A stretch of DNA of 54,597 nucleotides, the filler included, from Squatina squatina (Eukaryota), in NCBI GenBank assembly GCA_031763465.1. It is 3 parts of 3 records of this genome, joined end to end, with 100 filler letters (N's around TTAATTAATTAA, not from the genome) between each part and the next. Parts side by side here need not be neighbours in the genome. Positions count along the whole stretch, not along the records: positions 36,064 to 54,597 come from JARFOE010000013.1; 2 more parts are not named here. The stretch is one strand, 5' to 3'. The notes under the pieces are model-generated. The model was not told the DNA's origin. It made no database searches and was given only the letters and a program-made list of their open reading frames with translations. Numbering within the stretch: position 1 is the first letter of the stretch; each line of letters begins with the position of its first letter. Of the stretch, positions 51,433 through 54,597 are shown in pieces. A program made the translations under genes and the position numbers.

Positions 51433-53304
51433 NNNNNNNNNNNNNNNNNNNNNNNNNNNNNNNNNNNNNNNNNNNNNNNNNNNNNNNNNNNNNNNNNNNN
51501 NNNNNNNNNNNNNNNNNNNNNNNNNNNNNNNNTTTGTTGAAGAATTGGGATTCTGAAAGTGAGCTGGAGTTGGTGACAAAAATGTACTCAATTTTTGATG
51601 TTTTTGATAACTTTTTTTATTATCTGAAATCTGTTATATTGTTACATAATTCATTATCAAGATCATTTGACAGCCTCATTGTTATTCATTATCAATGATC
51701 AAACAAACTACAAGAGGAACATTGTCATGCTAAGTCTAAAATGTTAAGGAATAGCTTTCAGAATACGTTAGGCGGCCAAAATTGATCATTATTTTGACTG
51801 GAATTGGTAATTATTGGATCTTGCCTCAGGAAAAGAGCCTTTAAAAATGTAGAGCTGAAGATGATTGATTTTGAATGTTAGGTGAAGTTTAATTCTTTGA
51901 ACACTAGCAGATTCATTATTTTCATGGCTAAACTATGTGAAAACGCTGAATGAAATTAGCAATCTTCACTGATGGGAAAAACTGTAACTGACAAATTGAT
52001 GTATGTAGATCTAACTTTTGTTACATTTAATGGAAACCAAGGTGAGGAGACAAAGCCCGCNNNNNNNNNNNNNNNNNNNNNNNNNNNNNNNNNNNNNNNN
52101 NNNNNNNNNNNNNNNNNNNNNNNNNNNNNNNNNNNNNNNNNNNNNNNNNNNNNNNNNNNNTGGCAGGAGAGTAGGAAGGTCAAAGAGTAATGAAGGATTT
52201 GGGTAGGGATTAGGAAGGGCAGAGTATCCAAGAGAGGAGAGATGAAAGGACGCATGACGTCAAGAGAGAATGGTCAGGGAAGGATAAAGAGAAAAGGAAA
52301 GGGGGAAAAAGTGGACAAGTATTGAATAGCTCGGGTCCCCAGCAGCAGCCAAAGTGCACACGTGAATGGACACGGAAAAGTTCAGGTTACATAGGCCAGG
52401 GTCAAAGTCAGAGGTTCCATGGAAGGACAAAGCCAACATGAGCAGGATGGGCCAGCACGGAGCATCGACGAACCACTGTCCAAAGCAGGCGAGTGAAGTC
52501 CAGAAGCTATTTGAAGTGCAGAGAGTCCACAGCCAGCGACCAGCAAATTTGAAAACCGGTAGAACAAGCGAACCAGCAGCTACTAACAAGAAGCCAGCAG
52601 AGTTGAAAAACCAGTGGAACCAGTTCAGCAGAGACACAGCTGCAGTACGAACACAGCTGGTAGATACGCACGAAACTCATCACAGAAAGTTAAGTTGTCC
52701 ATTCAAGTGTAACTCGCCTTTTAACAACGTGATAAGTGGTAATTACTGCCAAACAATCTCTTTGGCACTGAAAATTAACTATTACAAGCGTGGAGTCTCA
52801 TTCCTTCTGATTTTAATTGTTGTTGGAGATTTTTAAAATATATAATTTAAGGACGCCCATTGGTCCTTTAGCACAGGTGCAGAATGAGCACTAAATGGGC
52901 ATTAGAGGTGTAACGTCTGTTTCGGGTGCTAAGGGACTCTGTCATCAAGAGGCTCAACGTCCAAAATGGCTGCCCCACAAACAATTGGCTAGCGCTGCAA
53001 ACCTCAAAAAATAGCGGTGCCCGCGTCCAGTTTTCAGGTGGTGGCACACATCGTCCCATGATTTCTGGCGCTATTTAAAGGGTTAGGTGGGTTCACCATT
53101 TTGTTTGCAGAAATCACATTGCTGGCGGNNNNNNNNNNNNNNNNNNNNNNNNNNNNNNNNNNNNNNNNNNNNNNNNNNNNNNNNNNNNNNNNNNNNNNNN
53201 NNNNNNNNNNNNNNNNNNNNNNNNNNNNAAATGTCCCTTTCATGCTTGTCCTATCATTTGTAAATCAACACCTGCAGCGATCTTTAGTGCACACTGGGTG
53301 TGAT

Positions 53305-53670
53305 TTTGCATGCGTATGTGTGTGCATGCATGTGCATGTGTGTGTGTACGTGAACGCTTGTGTTAGTGCCTGCCTGTGCGTGCACGTGTGTGTGTGAGTG
53401 TGTTTGAGTGTGTGTGTGTGTTTTTGAGTGTGAGTGTATGTGTAAGTGTGAGTGCAAGCATGTGCATGCTCGTGTGTGTGTTTATGTACATACATATGTG
53501 TGTGTGTGCACGCGCGCGCATGCATGGGGTGTGCATGTGTGTGCCTGCATGTGTGAGCCTGTGTGCGTGCATGCATGTGCTTCATGTGCTTCATGTGCGT
53601 GGGTGGGTGTGCATGTGCAGGCGCGCTTGGGTGTCCGTGTTCGTGTATGCATGCGGTTAGCGAAATGCCT
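53305..53670. repeat. Degenerate (TG/CA)n purine-pyrimidine tract
   Basis: Directly visible in the sequence. Confidence 0.95.
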
Positions 53671-54597
53671 GTGTGTTAGTTCAGTAAAAGCAAAACAAAC
53701 ACAAAAAGAAAATGAGGTTTGGTTCAATTCAAATAACCTTTTACTCAGCTGGGAAAGCTGGACCGAGGCAAATTAAAATGCATTTTAGCTCATTAAAAAG
53801 ACACTAATGACAGATGTTTTAAACCCGCTTTTTCCACTAGACAAAAGGTTACTATTTGGCAGTTCTCCCGTGGCTTTGCTGCATGGTGGACCAGGCATTT
53901 ATTACAGGGAAGATTAATTGATTGAACAGTGGCAAGGGCATTGTGAAGGAGACTGATTATAGTGAAGATGGGTTTGTCAATTTTTGAAAGAGACAGTACA
54001 AAGCCGGTCGTATATCTGTGGACATTAATTGAAACATGACAATTTGCGAAGCTGCTATGTTCTCTTGATTAATAATAAAAAGGTGTTTTGTGAGATGCAG
54101 TTCAGCCCTGTCATGTAATAAATCTGATTTTAAAAGCTGGACACACTGGAACATCTTCCTTTTCATTCAGAATGCCTTAAACAGTAAATCCAAGTCTTGC
54201 CAAATGAAATATCCTGAAGAAGCTTTGAACAGATTTCATTCAATGAACTGCATTGCTTGGATAAGTCCATTATGGTACAATTTAAATCAACTTATTTGCC
54301 CTCTATGAGTCACGCAGTCACANNNNNNNNNNGGTAAGCACCGTTACGTTTCGTTTGATTTTTTAAAATTAAGCTCTCTAATACTTTAAGCTATGATTTA
54401 TATTTACACTGATACAGGTAGATATTTAACCCAAGATGTTTCATGTGTATATCCTCGAAAAAAAAGAAGGCATAATTGGCAGTAAGTTTGATCTTGAAGA
54501 TCTGTTTGGAACACTGCTGAAAGTCTGTGCTGTAAGGTGCCATGTTAGAGCAGAGTACAGCCTGCGCCAGTAACACTGCCTGTAAATCACCATATTA

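Noticed and set aside
52260-52836. 156-aa and 125-aa overlapping ORFs
   Set aside because: Adjacent to LINE-like purine-rich sequence, with no domain or splice evidence; probably a retroelement 5' region.
53265-53776. His/Thr- and Cys/Val-rich ORFs
   Set aside because: Translation of the TG/CA repeat.

Overview
Eukaryotic, vertebrate DNA, most consistent with a cartilaginous fish (shark or ray), judged from the CR1, L2, RTE, Deu-SINE and Penelope-type repeats. It is a fragmented assembly: short contigs joined by mostly 100-N gaps. Two synthetic N44-TTAATTAATTAA-N44 linkers (17707-17806, 35964-36063) split it into three probably unrelated blocks. Block 1 has two RIOK2 exons (+), several minus-strand exon-like segments interrupted by in-frame TGA codons (a probable decayed gene), an LF-SINE-like element and a CR1 5' end with 83-bp monomers. 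Block 2 keeps the vertebrate order DNAJC3(-), DZIP1(+), CLDN10(-), ABCC4(+). It also has a perfect ERSE in the DNAJC3 promoter, two diverged claudin-10 terminal exons in tandem, and a Penelope-type hammerhead ribozyme core in an ABCC4 intron. Block 3 is mostly repeats, plus one unidentified exon with a DSGIES motif. Gene calls come from recalled similarity to vertebrate proteins and from splice signals; no database search was run. No prokaryotic-type systems (CRISPR etc.) are supported.
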